A DNA stretch of 64,000 bases from assembly GCA_947089145.1 (NCBI GenBank), contig CAMUJH010000015.1, forward strand, positions 1,805-65,804, written 5' to 3'. The stretch's first letter is position 1. Every line of letters starts with the position of its first letter. This DNA is from an uncultured Hungatella sp. GTDB lineage: Bacteria; Bacillota; Clostridia; Lachnospirales; Lachnospiraceae. Position numbers and translations under genes: made by a program. The notes under the pieces were generated by a model. It searched no databases, was not told where the DNA came from, and saw only the letters and a program-made list of their open reading frames with translations. Below, piece by piece: positions 50,835-62,280 of this stretch.

Positions 50835-51614
50835 TTATACCCCCATCTCCCGAACAAGAAAAGTGTTATATCCGTAATTTTTTAATTCTTGTTCCATTCG
50901 TACGGCGTTATCCATGTTTAGAAATGCACCTACTCTTACCTTGAACAGGCCGTCGCTGTATATCATGAATGCCGGGAAGCCTTGGGAGGTTAGTTGGTTT
51001 ACTTGCTGGGCGGCGGTTTGCTGGTTTTGGTATACTCCGGTTTGGACTTGATAGTATTCGGGGTGGGATTGTTCTTCTTGGTGGATGGTGGTTAGGATGC
51101 CGTTTGCTATGGCTTGGGCTATGGCTTGGAAGTTCTGGTCGAAGATGCGGTTGTCGGCTTCGTTGTCTATGAAGCCGGCTTCTACCAGAACGGCGGGCAT
51201 TTCGGTGCGGCGCAGGACTACCAGGCCGGGGCGCTCGTTGATCCCTAAGTTGGCAAATCCGGTGGCGCTTAGGGCGGAGTTGATGTTCTGCGCCAGAAGG
51301 GCAGGCACGCCGGAGTTTTCGTAAACCAGAGTCTCTACGCCGGAGGCCGTGCCCGGAACGGGCATGGCGTTTCTGTGTATGGATATAAAGTAGTCGGCTC
51401 CGGAATGGTTGCCCATCTGGGCTTTCTCAAAAGGGGTGTTGTAAGTGTCGTTGACCCGGGTGTAGACAACGTCTACCCCATGCTGGGAAAGGATATTGCC
51501 CACTGCCAGGGCCAGTTTTAAATTATCGATTTTTTCTTGTCTGCCGTAAAAGGTGGCTCCAAAATCTGCGCCGCCGTGTCCGGGATCTAGAATAACTTTC
51601 ATGGTTTCAGCCAA
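50835..51614 (-). CDS. N-acetylmuramoyl-L-alanine amidase (Amidase_3) with SPOR domain
   Basis: LDPGHGG, E, SIHRN, LVEAGFIDN; C-terminal Y.VQ.G...VRVGAF; start TTG 51614 or ATG 51602. Confidence 0.9.
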   Translation of the reverse strand: MAETMKVILDPGHGGADFGATFYGRQEKIDNLKLALAVGNILSQHGVDVVYTRVNDTYNTPFEKAQMGNHSGADYFISIHRNAMPVPGTASGVETLVYENSGVPALLAQNINSALSATGFANLGINERPGLVVLRRTEMPAVLVEAGFIDNEADNRIFDQNFQAIAQAIANGILTTIHQEEQSHPEYYQVQTGVYQNQQTAAQQVNQLTSQGFPAFMIYSDGLFKVRVGAFLNMDNAVRMEQELKNYGYNTFLVREMGV

Positions 51615-51683
51615 ATTGAGGACTCCTTCCAAATTAAAGCGATATACAATAATAGATATGTGAAAATTGTAAAATGAATTCTG

Positions 51684-53012
51684 CTATGTTAATTCTGCGA
51701 TTCTTGTAACCCCCACATAGATGTGGGAAATTTTATACCAGGTGGCAAAGTCCACGACTCCTGTCTGGGGCAGGCCGAAAATAGATTGGAATTCCCGAAC
51801 AGAGGCAGCGGTGTTAGGCCCGTAGAACCCGTCAGCAGCCACATGGGGGATGGCGCTGTATACGGTGGCAATGCTGTCTAACTGCTCCTGAAGCTGCCGG
51901 ACTTTCTGCCCTGAGGAACCGATGGTCAGGTTTTCGCCGGGCCAGGATGCGGGAATTCCTGCGATCTGCTCCGCAGTATTAATGTAAATGCTGGCCCCGT
52001 AGAAATGACGCAGGATCTCAATGGGACTGTATCCCCGCTCACCTAAAGAACAGGAACCCCACTGGGTCATCCAGTTGGGACATGTAACCTGCCTTCCGTC
52101 ACAGTACTGGGTTAAAATAGGTTGCTTTACGTCAGGGCGGGACAGGTAATTGTCAAAGATCTCGTCTACCACAAGAGAAATGCTTTCATAAATGTTCCTG
52201 CCATATATCCATTTGTGGTCATAGGCAGTAGAAGAAGTTATAGTAAAGTCATAGCCTTGATTCCGGTACCACTCCGTATAAACCCGGTTTAACGTAAAAG
52301 ACATAATAGCCAGCACGTTTGCCGTAATGGTAGCCTGGGGCCAGGTGGCATAGATCTCGCTGGAAGCCACATTTTTGATGTAATCCCGGTAAGGCACATA
52401 ATAATTCGAGGCGGATGCATCAGAGGGCGGGCCGTCATGAACCACGATGGTCTGGGGAACCACCACCCGGCTTAACACAATCTCCCCGGATTCATTGACA
52501 GGCTTCACCTCCGCCTCGGCAATTTTCGGAGGATAATTGCCATACAGGGTATGATCCGGAATGACGATGGACTGATCCAAAGGCTGCGGGTCATCCTCCG
52601 GTTCCAGGGTCACAGGCTGAAGGGCCGTGGCATCCGGAAGGATCTCAGTGCCGGAGATAGTCTGGGTCTTAAAGCCAGGAGCGGATATTTCCAGATTATA
52701 CTCAGAGTAAGGGCGGTCGCTGCCAGGAACCAAGCTGTACTCTAAAGGCGGAGCGTCCAGGGAAACCTGTTCCGTCTGGCCGGAACTGTTGGTGGTAACC
52801 TGTTCTACTACATTGTCCGGGTTTGTGGAATTGGTGATGCGCACAGTGGCGTTTTCAATGGGAAAGTTGTTAATAATGGATACTACGTTAACCTGGAGAA
52901 GGCCGCGGCTTCCCAGGTCCGTGGCGCAGGTGCGGATATTTTTCCCCCGGCGTTTTGGGGCGGCATCAGGGTGCGGGTCGCCGCACATCCGAAACAACAG
53001 CTGTTTGTTCAT
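51684..53012 (-). CDS. sleC: SleC-like spore cortex-lytic enzyme with peptidoglycan-binding domain
   Basis: IVVHDG, YIKNVASSEIYATWP, NRVYTEWY, TSSTAYD, QYCDG, QWG; C-terminal DG.YG..T...V.EFQ..FGL. Confidence 0.82.
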   Translation of the reverse strand: MNKQLLFRMCGDPHPDAAPKRRGKNIRTCATDLGSRGLLQVNVVSIINNFPIENATVRITNSTNPDNVVEQVTTNSSGQTEQVSLDAPPLEYSLVPGSDRPYSEYNLEISAPGFKTQTISGTEILPDATALQPVTLEPEDDPQPLDQSIVIPDHTLYGNYPPKIAEAEVKPVNESGEIVLSRVVVPQTIVVHDGPPSDASASNYYVPYRDYIKNVASSEIYATWPQATITANVLAIMSFTLNRVYTEWYRNQGYDFTITSSTAYDHKWIYGRNIYESISLVVDEIFDNYLSRPDVKQPILTQYCDGRQVTCPNWMTQWGSCSLGERGYSPIEILRHFYGASIYINTAEQIAGIPASWPGENLTIGSSGQKVRQLQEQLDSIATVYSAIPHVAADGFYGPNTAASVREFQSIFGLPQTGVVDFATWYKISHIYVGVTRIAELT

Positions 53013-53041
53013 AGAATTCCTCGCAGAAAATGGTTACTGCC

Positions 53042-53067
53042 ATTATATGCAGAAGAGAAAAAAAGGT
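53042..53067 (-). promoter_or_regulatory. Sigma-K-type sporulation promoter of sleC
   Basis: Minus strand AC-N16-CATATAAT matches AC-N16-CATANNNT. Confidence 0.6.
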
Positions 53068-53076
53068 GACAGAAAC

Positions 53077-53111
53077 AAAAAAAGCAGGCTTTTAACGTGT
53101 CAAAAGCCTGC
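53077..53111 (-). terminator. Intrinsic terminator of the permease gene
   Basis: Minus strand GCAGGCTTTT-loop-AAAAGCCTGC followed by T7. Confidence 0.8.
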
Positions 53112-53137
53112 CTGAAACAATTTGGGCTATGGAAAAC

Positions 53138-54511
53138 CTACAGCATCATGTATTTAATGATAAACAGCGCTGCCAGAAAATACATGAGAGGGCTGATACG
53201 TTTCTTGGATGCATTGCCCGTGGCCAGATTCACAGCCACATAGGAGATAACGCCCAGGGCAATGCCCTCGGAAATGCTGTACATAAACGGCATGGCGATA
53301 ATAGCGATGTAGGCCGGAATCGCCTCCGTATAATCGCCAAAGTCAATCTTGGCAATGGAGGTCATCATAAGGAAGCCTACAACCACAAGAGCCGGGGCCG
53401 TTGCAAAAGACGGGATAGCCAGAAAGATGGGGGATAAAAACAGGGATAAGCCAAACAAAACAGCTGATACCACTGCAGTAAGCCCCGTTCTTCCTCCCTC
53501 GGCCACGCCGGAGGCGCTTTCCACAAACGTGGTGGTGGTAGAGGTTCCCAGAACCGCGCCAAGCGAGGTCCCGACGGCATCCGCCAGCAAAGCTCCCTTG
53601 ATGCGGGGCAATTTGCCGTCTTTGTCCAGCATATCCGCCTTAGAGGCCACGCCGATCAAAGTTCCCAGGGTGTCAAACAGATCCACAAATAAAAATGCAA
53701 ACATTACCACAAAAAAGTCCAGGGTGAGAATCCCCTTAAAATCCATCTGCATCAGCGTAGGCGCCAGGCTCGGCACGGAGATCCCGGCGGAAAAGTCAGG
53801 GAGAAGGCTGTACGCCCCAAGTTCCGGATTCACTTTATACAGTCCTGTCAGCTGGCAGAGAATGCCAAGAGCCCAGGTAATCAGAATACCCCACAGGATA
53901 TTGCCCTTTACTTTTTTGATCAGGAGCACGCCGGTGATCAGAATGCCTATAAGAGCGAGAACCACGGTAATGCCTTCGCTGGCGAAAGTCCCGGCCTTTA
54001 CAGAGCCTGTGAAGGAATAGATGGATACCAGCGTGGCGCTGTCCACCACGATCTTGGCATTCTGCATGCCGATAAAGGCAATGAAAATGCCGATGCCTAC
54101 AGATACGGCATGCTTTAAATTCATGGGTATGGCATTGAAAATGGCCTCCCGCACATTGGTAAGGGAAAGGATGACAAAGATAATTCCCTCAATAAATACC
54201 GCCGCCAGGGCCGTCTGCCAGGAATACCCCATCTGCAGCACCACGGTATAGGCAAAGTAGGCGTTAAGTCCCATGCCAGGTGCAAGGACAAAGGGATAGT
54301 TGGCAAATAAAGCCATAAGCAGGGTTGCTGCCATGGAAGCCAAAGCCGTGGCAGTAAACACGGCGCCGCTGTCCATGCCTGAAGCGCCCAGGATGTTGGG
54401 ATTGACCGCCAGAATGTAGGCCATGGTCATAAACGTGGTAATGCCGGCGAGAACTTCTGTTTTTACATCAGTGTGGTTCTCTTTCAGATGAAACATTTTT
54501 TCCAAATTCAT
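53138..54511 (-). CDS. NCS2/AzgA-type purine permease
   Basis: AGITTFMTMAYILAVNP, APGMGLNA, DLFDT, ESASGV.EGGRTG; AAGGAG RBS. Confidence 0.92.
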   Translation of the reverse strand: MNLEKMFHLKENHTDVKTEVLAGITTFMTMAYILAVNPNILGASGMDSGAVFTATALASMAATLLMALFANYPFVLAPGMGLNAYFAYTVVLQMGYSWQTALAAVFIEGIIFVILSLTNVREAIFNAIPMNLKHAVSVGIGIFIAFIGMQNAKIVVDSATLVSIYSFTGSVKAGTFASEGITVVLALIGILITGVLLIKKVKGNILWGILITWALGILCQLTGLYKVNPELGAYSLLPDFSAGISVPSLAPTLMQMDFKGILTLDFFVVMFAFLFVDLFDTLGTLIGVASKADMLDKDGKLPRIKGALLADAVGTSLGAVLGTSTTTTFVESASGVAEGGRTGLTAVVSAVLFGLSLFLSPIFLAIPSFATAPALVVVGFLMMTSIAKIDFGDYTEAIPAYIAIIAMPFMYSISEGIALGVISYVAVNLATGNASKKRISPLMYFLAALFIIKYMML

Positions 54512-54719
54512 GGTTTTGCTCTCCTTTAGTTTGGTCTGCAGGTAACTGACCGCGGCCTCGGTGCGCAAGCTTAAGAAGCGGCTTTAAGCCCGTGGCCGCA
54601 GGACTCAATGATTGTACCACCAGATTTCGCTAAATACCAGCTTTTTATGGGTTATTTTGGATATTTATCCCGAAATTATGCAAAAAGACAGGTAAAACCA
54701 GTCTGAGCACAGACAATAT

Positions 54720-55637
54720 TCAGAGCAGGAACCACATAACCAGCAAAGGGATGGTGGCTATGGAAATAAAAGTGGACATGAAAACTACCTTGGCTGCAAA
54801 TATTTCATCTTTCCCGTATTCCCCGGCAAATATTACGGCGGAATTGGCAGCAGGCATGGCCAGTATGATCAGGGTAATGCCCCGGATCAGCGGATCTGGA
54901 ATAAAAAGTTTCAAGGCAGGCCAGGCTGCGGCAGGGATTCCAAGCTGGATTATCAGGGAGAGCACAAGCGCCTGCCTGTCTTTCCACACTTCTTTAAAAG
55001 GGATTTTGGCCAGTATGACGCCGATGAGCATCATGGCCAGAGGTGTGGTCATGGAACCTACCAGATTTAAGGCATCCCCTGCCGCCTGGGGGCAGGGGAT
55101 GTGAAAGGCATAGCAGGCTGCGGCGCAGAGAGACGATATGATTCCCGGCGAGAGAAATGCCTTCAGGGAAAAGGAGCCCTTTTCCTTTCCTCCCATTGCC
55201 ATGGGGCCTGCGGTAAACAGGGATATGTTAAAACATAAACTGATAATGGCGGTTGCCAGGATGGAATCTGGGCCAAAGACAGATCTCATCAGAGGGAAAC
55301 CCATAAATCCCACATTGGGATACATGATCATAAATGCATACAAGCCCTGATCTTTCTTCTGGATGGGAAGGAGCTTTGCCAGCGCCCACCCAATGGCGGG
55401 AAGAACTGCAACAAGGACAAGACAGGAAACGGCCATGGAGGGCGGATGGATTTTTACGGTCTGGGTTTTGGAAAGGACAGAGCCCAGAATCATGGCCGGC
55501 ATGGTGACGTTTAAGACAAATTTATTCAGACGGCTGTAAAATGCATCATCAATCTGCCCCAGCTTATTGAGCCCATACCCCAGCCCTATAATCAAAAACA
55601 GCTGCCCCATCTGGTTCAGGATAACATTCATGTTCAT
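54720..55637 (-). CDS. AEC family transporter
   Basis: NVGFMGFP, TTPLAMMLIG, MPAA, STFIS.ATIP. Confidence 0.85.
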   Translation of the reverse strand: MNMNVILNQMGQLFLIIGLGYGLNKLGQIDDAFYSRLNKFVLNVTMPAMILGSVLSKTQTVKIHPPSMAVSCLVLVAVLPAIGWALAKLLPIQKKDQGLYAFMIMYPNVGFMGFPLMRSVFGPDSILATAIISLCFNISLFTAGPMAMGGKEKGSFSLKAFLSPGIISSLCAAACYAFHIPCPQAAGDALNLVGSMTTPLAMMLIGVILAKIPFKEVWKDRQALVLSLIIQLGIPAAAWPALKLFIPDPLIRGITLIILAMPAANSAVIFAGEYGKDEIFAAKVVFMSTFISIATIPLLVMWFLL

Positions 55638-55649
55638 AGGGAGCCGTCC

Positions 55650-56930
55650 TTAGCTTTCTGCCTGTTCCGTCTCATAGGCCTTCTTATCCAGCATATTGAA
55701 AAACGGGTAATAAATTCCGATGCTCATGAGAAGAAGCACCATCTGCAGCAGGGCGCCCCGCCAGCCGCAGAGAATAAAGCCGGAGATGACTACGGGCGTC
55801 GTGTAGGGAAGGTTAAGGCCGTTGATCATCGGGCACAGCCCGGAGGCAATGGCCAGATAGGTCACAGTGCCTACGGCGATGTTGGCAGCCACAAATGGTA
55901 TCATCATCACCGGATTCAGGACAATGGGCATGCCGAAGATCAGAGGCTCGTTAATATTGAAAATGGACGGGATGATGGCCAGCTTACCTAAAGCCTTATA
56001 CTGGTTGGAGCGGGAGCGAAGAAGGCAGGAAATGGCAAGCCCCAAGGTAGCCGCAACACCGCCGATCTTAACAAAATGCGCAATAAACTGGTAGTTTACC
56101 ACATTGGTCATGGCTGTCCCCGCCTCAAATGCCGCTGCGTTTTCGGCAGAAAGGGAGTACCAGATAGGATTCATGACAGAGGACACGATGCTGGAGCCGT
56201 GGATTCCGAAGCACCAGATAATGGATTCCACTGCCAGGACAATCACGGTGGCAGGCAGGGTGCTTCCCAAGGCCTGCAAAGGCTTCTGCAGGGTCTGGAA
56301 AATAAAGGTCTGGGCATTGCCAAAAGGCGTCAGGCTGAAAACCAGACGAATAACGTTAAACGTTAAGAAGACGAAAAACGCAGGGATTACAGAGGCAAAT
56401 GACTTGGCAATATTTTCCGGCACGGAATCAGGCATTTTAATAGTCCAGCCTTTCTGCAGGCAGTACCGCAGGATCTCCACTGCCAGACAAGTGGCCAGGA
56501 TGCACAGAAGAAGGCCCGACGCGCTTAAATTGCTGAGAGGAAATCCTTTTATATTATCCTCCGTTACAATGACCGGAGTCAGGATAAAGATACCCACAAG
56601 GGATAAGGTGATGGCAGCCTTTGTGTCAATGCGGTAATATTCTGCCAGGGATTTTGCAATGCCCACCACCACAAACAGAGTCATCAGCTGGTAGCTTACC
56701 TGGTATGGGATGTAGAAGAAATCCATCCATTTGTCGGAGAAAATGCGGGCCATAAAGTCCGAATATCCCTCAAAAGGAAGGCTGGTAAATAACAGGAACA
56801 AAGAACCCACGATGAGAATGGGCATAGCTCCGAAGAATCCCTCTTTTACGGCGGACAGATACCGGTTTCCGCTTATTTTCTCTGCTATGGGCATTAAAGC
56901 CTCACTCATTTTTTCAGATCAGTTTTTCAT
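55650..56930 (-). CDS. PTS cellobiose-family EIIC, interrupted by TGA at codon 4 (open from 56909)
   Basis: GIHG, FNINEPLIFGMPIVLNP, IYYPF; SD-linked ATG at 56930 reads ATG AAA AAC TGA TCT GAA AAA ATG. Confidence 0.82.
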
Positions 56931-56958
56931 ATCATACCTCTTTCTATGTGAATGAATG

Positions 56959-59405
<2,447 letters not shown>

Positions 59406-59841
59406 AGGTGATACCTCGCTGGGACAGATGGCTGATGTTATGACGCCGGCTCCTCCTGTCGTCCGCAAAAGAGGAAGCGGCCTTAAATACCATGGGAAAA
59501 TAGGATATGCAGGCAGTATAGCATGCCATCTGCTTTCTGTAAAGAACGGAATTTTCAAACACGTTTTAGTGCTCTATCCGGCATACAGACGTGCGGGAAA
59601 GTCCGCATATCCTGGTTCCAGGGTATGGTTTAGAACCACCAGAAATAGGAATTATAACTAAATTTAGCTGTACATCTTTGTGGATTTATGACAAAATATG
59701 TCAGAGAGCCGGGAAAAACATATTTTTAAAGATTTTAAGGGATATTAATTGCATTCTGTCGCCATATAGTTGGAATAACTTGAAAAATTCAATTATAAAG
59801 AATATAATTCCATTATCTCATACAAAGGATAGAAAGAGGGA

Positions 59842-61137
59842 ATGGAGGCATATATTTTGAATAAAAAGTACCAAATATTTATTAGTTCTACATATGAGGA
59901 TTTAGTTGAAGAAAGAAAAGAAGTTCAGGACGCAATATTAAAATTAGATCATTTTCCAGTTGGGATGGAACTGTTTGGCGCAAGGAGCACAAGCCAATGG
60001 AATGTAATAAAAAGGACATTAGATACATCAGATTATTATGTTTTAATTATTGGCTACAGATATGGAAGCGTAGCAGATGACGGGGTTGGATATACTGAGA
60101 AAGAGTTTAGGTATGCAAAAGATAAAGGTATTCCTATTATTGCCTTTATAAAAGAGAGGGGATTACCTGTTACAAGAAAGAGTATAGAAACATTACCGGA
60201 GAATCAGGAGAAGCTTAATAAATTTATCGAATCCGTAACGGATAACAGGGAGGTTGCCTGGTGGTCATCAAAGGAAGAACTTTGTAATAAAGTTATAACA
60301 TCTCTGCATAAGGAATTTTATGAGAATGAAGGATGCGGATGGACAAGGCAGGAAGATTTGAAAGGACATAAAAATATTGAATCAAATTCTTCCTCCTTTC
60401 CTGCAGCTTTGGAAAATATTGGATGCCATAATATATATTTTGATCTATCTAGCGATCAGCGCAACAGTGCTAAAAGAAATCAAATAAAAAAAACAAAGAT
60501 GCTATGCTTGCATGCGAAAACAGGATATTCATTCATTGCCCAAAATGGAACATTTTATCCTGATGTCAGAGAGTCGTTGAGCAAGGGAATGAGTTTCAGT
60601 GCTGTTATTCAGAATCCCTGGTCATTAAATGCGCTGATTTCGGCATTAAATGATAAGGCGTTTGACAATAAAGACGATTATCAAAATTATTTGAATGGCA
60701 AGCTGTCGTGTCAAGAAATCCTATCAATATATAAATGCAGTGATTGGTACGAAAGGTTTAAAATGTGTCTAAAGGGGTTTAAAAAATTAAAAAGAGAATA
60801 CGGTGATAAAGTGAATCTGAGATTAGATGATATGGATTTGTCCAATTCTATTTTATTATCAGAGGAGAGCCTGTTTCTAGAACATTCTGTTTTATTCAAT
60901 ACTATTGGAGATAATTCACTGCCATTATATGAATTTGAATTTACTCATTCATCAAAGATTTACGCAGACTGTAAAAAAGCATTTTATTCTGCATGGGAAC
61001 GAAGTTATGAATATAAAGATTTTATTATATATGAACCAATTCTCGTAAGGAATTTAAAGAAAGTTATTGAAACCAGGCAGAGCTGGATGCTTCCCTCGGT
61101 TATCAAAAAATCAGAAGGGGGATCTGGACACCACTAA
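59842..61137 (+). CDS. DUF4062 (TIR-like) domain protein, native 3' end probably replaced by IS256 sequence
   Basis: KKYQIFISSTYEDL.EER, GMELF, SDYYVLIIG.RYGS, YTE.EF.YA; AT-rich; start may be TTG 59857. Confidence 0.8.
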   Translation: MEAYILNKKYQIFISSTYEDLVEERKEVQDAILKLDHFPVGMELFGARSTSQWNVIKRTLDTSDYYVLIIGYRYGSVADDGVGYTEKEFRYAKDKGIPIIAFIKERGLPVTRKSIETLPENQEKLNKFIESVTDNREVAWWSSKEELCNKVITSLHKEFYENEGCGWTRQEDLKGHKNIESNSSSFPAALENIGCHNIYFDLSSDQRNSAKRNQIKKTKMLCLHAKTGYSFIAQNGTFYPDVRESLSKGMSFSAVIQNPWSLNALISALNDKAFDNKDDYQNYLNGKLSCQEILSIYKCSDWYERFKMCLKGFKKLKREYGDKVNLRLDDMDLSNSILLSEESLFLEHSVLFNTIGDNSLPLYEFEFTHSSKIYADCKKAFYSAWERSYEYKDFIIYEPILVRNLKKVIETRQSWMLPSVIKKSEGGSGHH

Positions 61138-61480
61138 TAAACGCAATGATTATTCCCAAAAGACCCTCAAAAGCCAGTATGGGGAATTCCAAATTGATGT
61201 GCCCAGGGATCGCAACGGAGAGTTCGAACCAAAGCTCATTCCGAAATACCAGCGGGATATTTCCGGTATAGAAGAGCAAGTTATCTCCCTGTATGCCAGA
61301 GGGATGAGTACCAGGGATATCCATGACCAGCTAAAGGATCTCTATGGGATCAAGTTATCAGCGGAGATAGTCAGCAAGATCACAGATAAGATTCTTCCTC
61401 AGGTTAAAGAGTGGCATAGCGAAGCATACAGAGTAGTCCCGTCCCCTGGCTCCTATCTATCCCTTTGTATTCATGGACCG
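61078..61480 (+). mobile_element. IS256-family transposase remnant (frameshifted, truncated at both ends)
   Basis: AELDASLGY / NKRNDY..K.LKSQYGE..I.VPRDRNGEFEP...LYARGMSTRDI...S...VSKITD.ILP...EW. Confidence 0.85.
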
Positions 61481-61536
61481 CATTCAAATGACTATAAAAT
61501 TGCTGCAAAATGGATTAAAGGAATGGGGGGATCTAA

Positions 61537-62015
61537 ATGAAAATTTTGATAACTGGAGCCAACGGCTATCTGGGGCGAGGTATCGTGAAATCCATATTAA
61601 ATCATGGACATAAAGTCATTGTGGCGGATCTTTCAACGGATTTTACAATATCCTTGAGGCGTGCCGCCATTCTTACGATAAGGAGAGAACTGGGATACAG
61701 CATTTATTGTATGCCAGTTCCAGCTCTGTTAATGGATCAAACAAGAAGGTGCCCTACGCTGTAGAGGATAAAGTGGATATTCTGCAGCAGGAACTGATCC
61801 GTGCAGAAGTGCTGCCACCGGATTTTGATTTCGGAAGCTGCAGGCAGCTGGTGCCAATGCAGCCGGGGGACGTGCCTGCAGCCTATGCGGACATAGACGC
61901 TCTGGAGAAGGATTTTGGCTTTAGGCCCAAGATAACTCTGAGAAAAGGACTGAGATATTTTGCTGAGTGGTATAAGGAATTTTATCAAGCCGAAATCCAG
62001 GATTCCCGCCATTAG
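61537..62015 (+). pseudogene. Mosaic of NAD-dependent epimerase fragments (CapI/UDP-glucuronate epimerase-like)
   Basis: MKILITGANGYLG N-terminus, then out-of-frame GFYNILEACRH..YASSSSV..EDKVD joined directly to ILQQEL..MQPGDV..FAEWY. Confidence 0.8.
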
Positions 62016-62035
62016 AAGATGACAGGAGCATGAGT

Positions 62036-62085
62036 AAAAAGCCATCGCTTTGCAGACATTTTTATCTGCAGGGCGATGGCTTTTT
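62036..62085. terminator. Bidirectional intrinsic terminator
   Basis: AAAAAGCCATCGCTTTGCAGA...TCTGCAGGGCGATGGCTTTTT. Confidence 0.75.
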
Positions 62086-62280
62086 GAACAGCAAGAGGAG
62101 GAAGAGTTCTGTTTTTTGCCTTTTGGAACCAGAGGATAGAAAAACAGCCGAATTATGTAATGGTAAACAGATAATTATCAGAAAATGGCTATTACGCACT
62201 TATTGTATTAAGATATTATTTGACTTATAATAAAAATAATTAGACTAGTGTGCCATATAGAAGAGAAAGGGAGATCTGTT

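Noticed and set aside
54520-54610. Canonical purine riboswitch
   Set aside because: The conserved junction and loop sequences are absent
56919-56921. Selenocysteine recoding of the TGA
   Set aside because: Not a catalytic Cys position, and no SECIS-like hairpin was seen downstream
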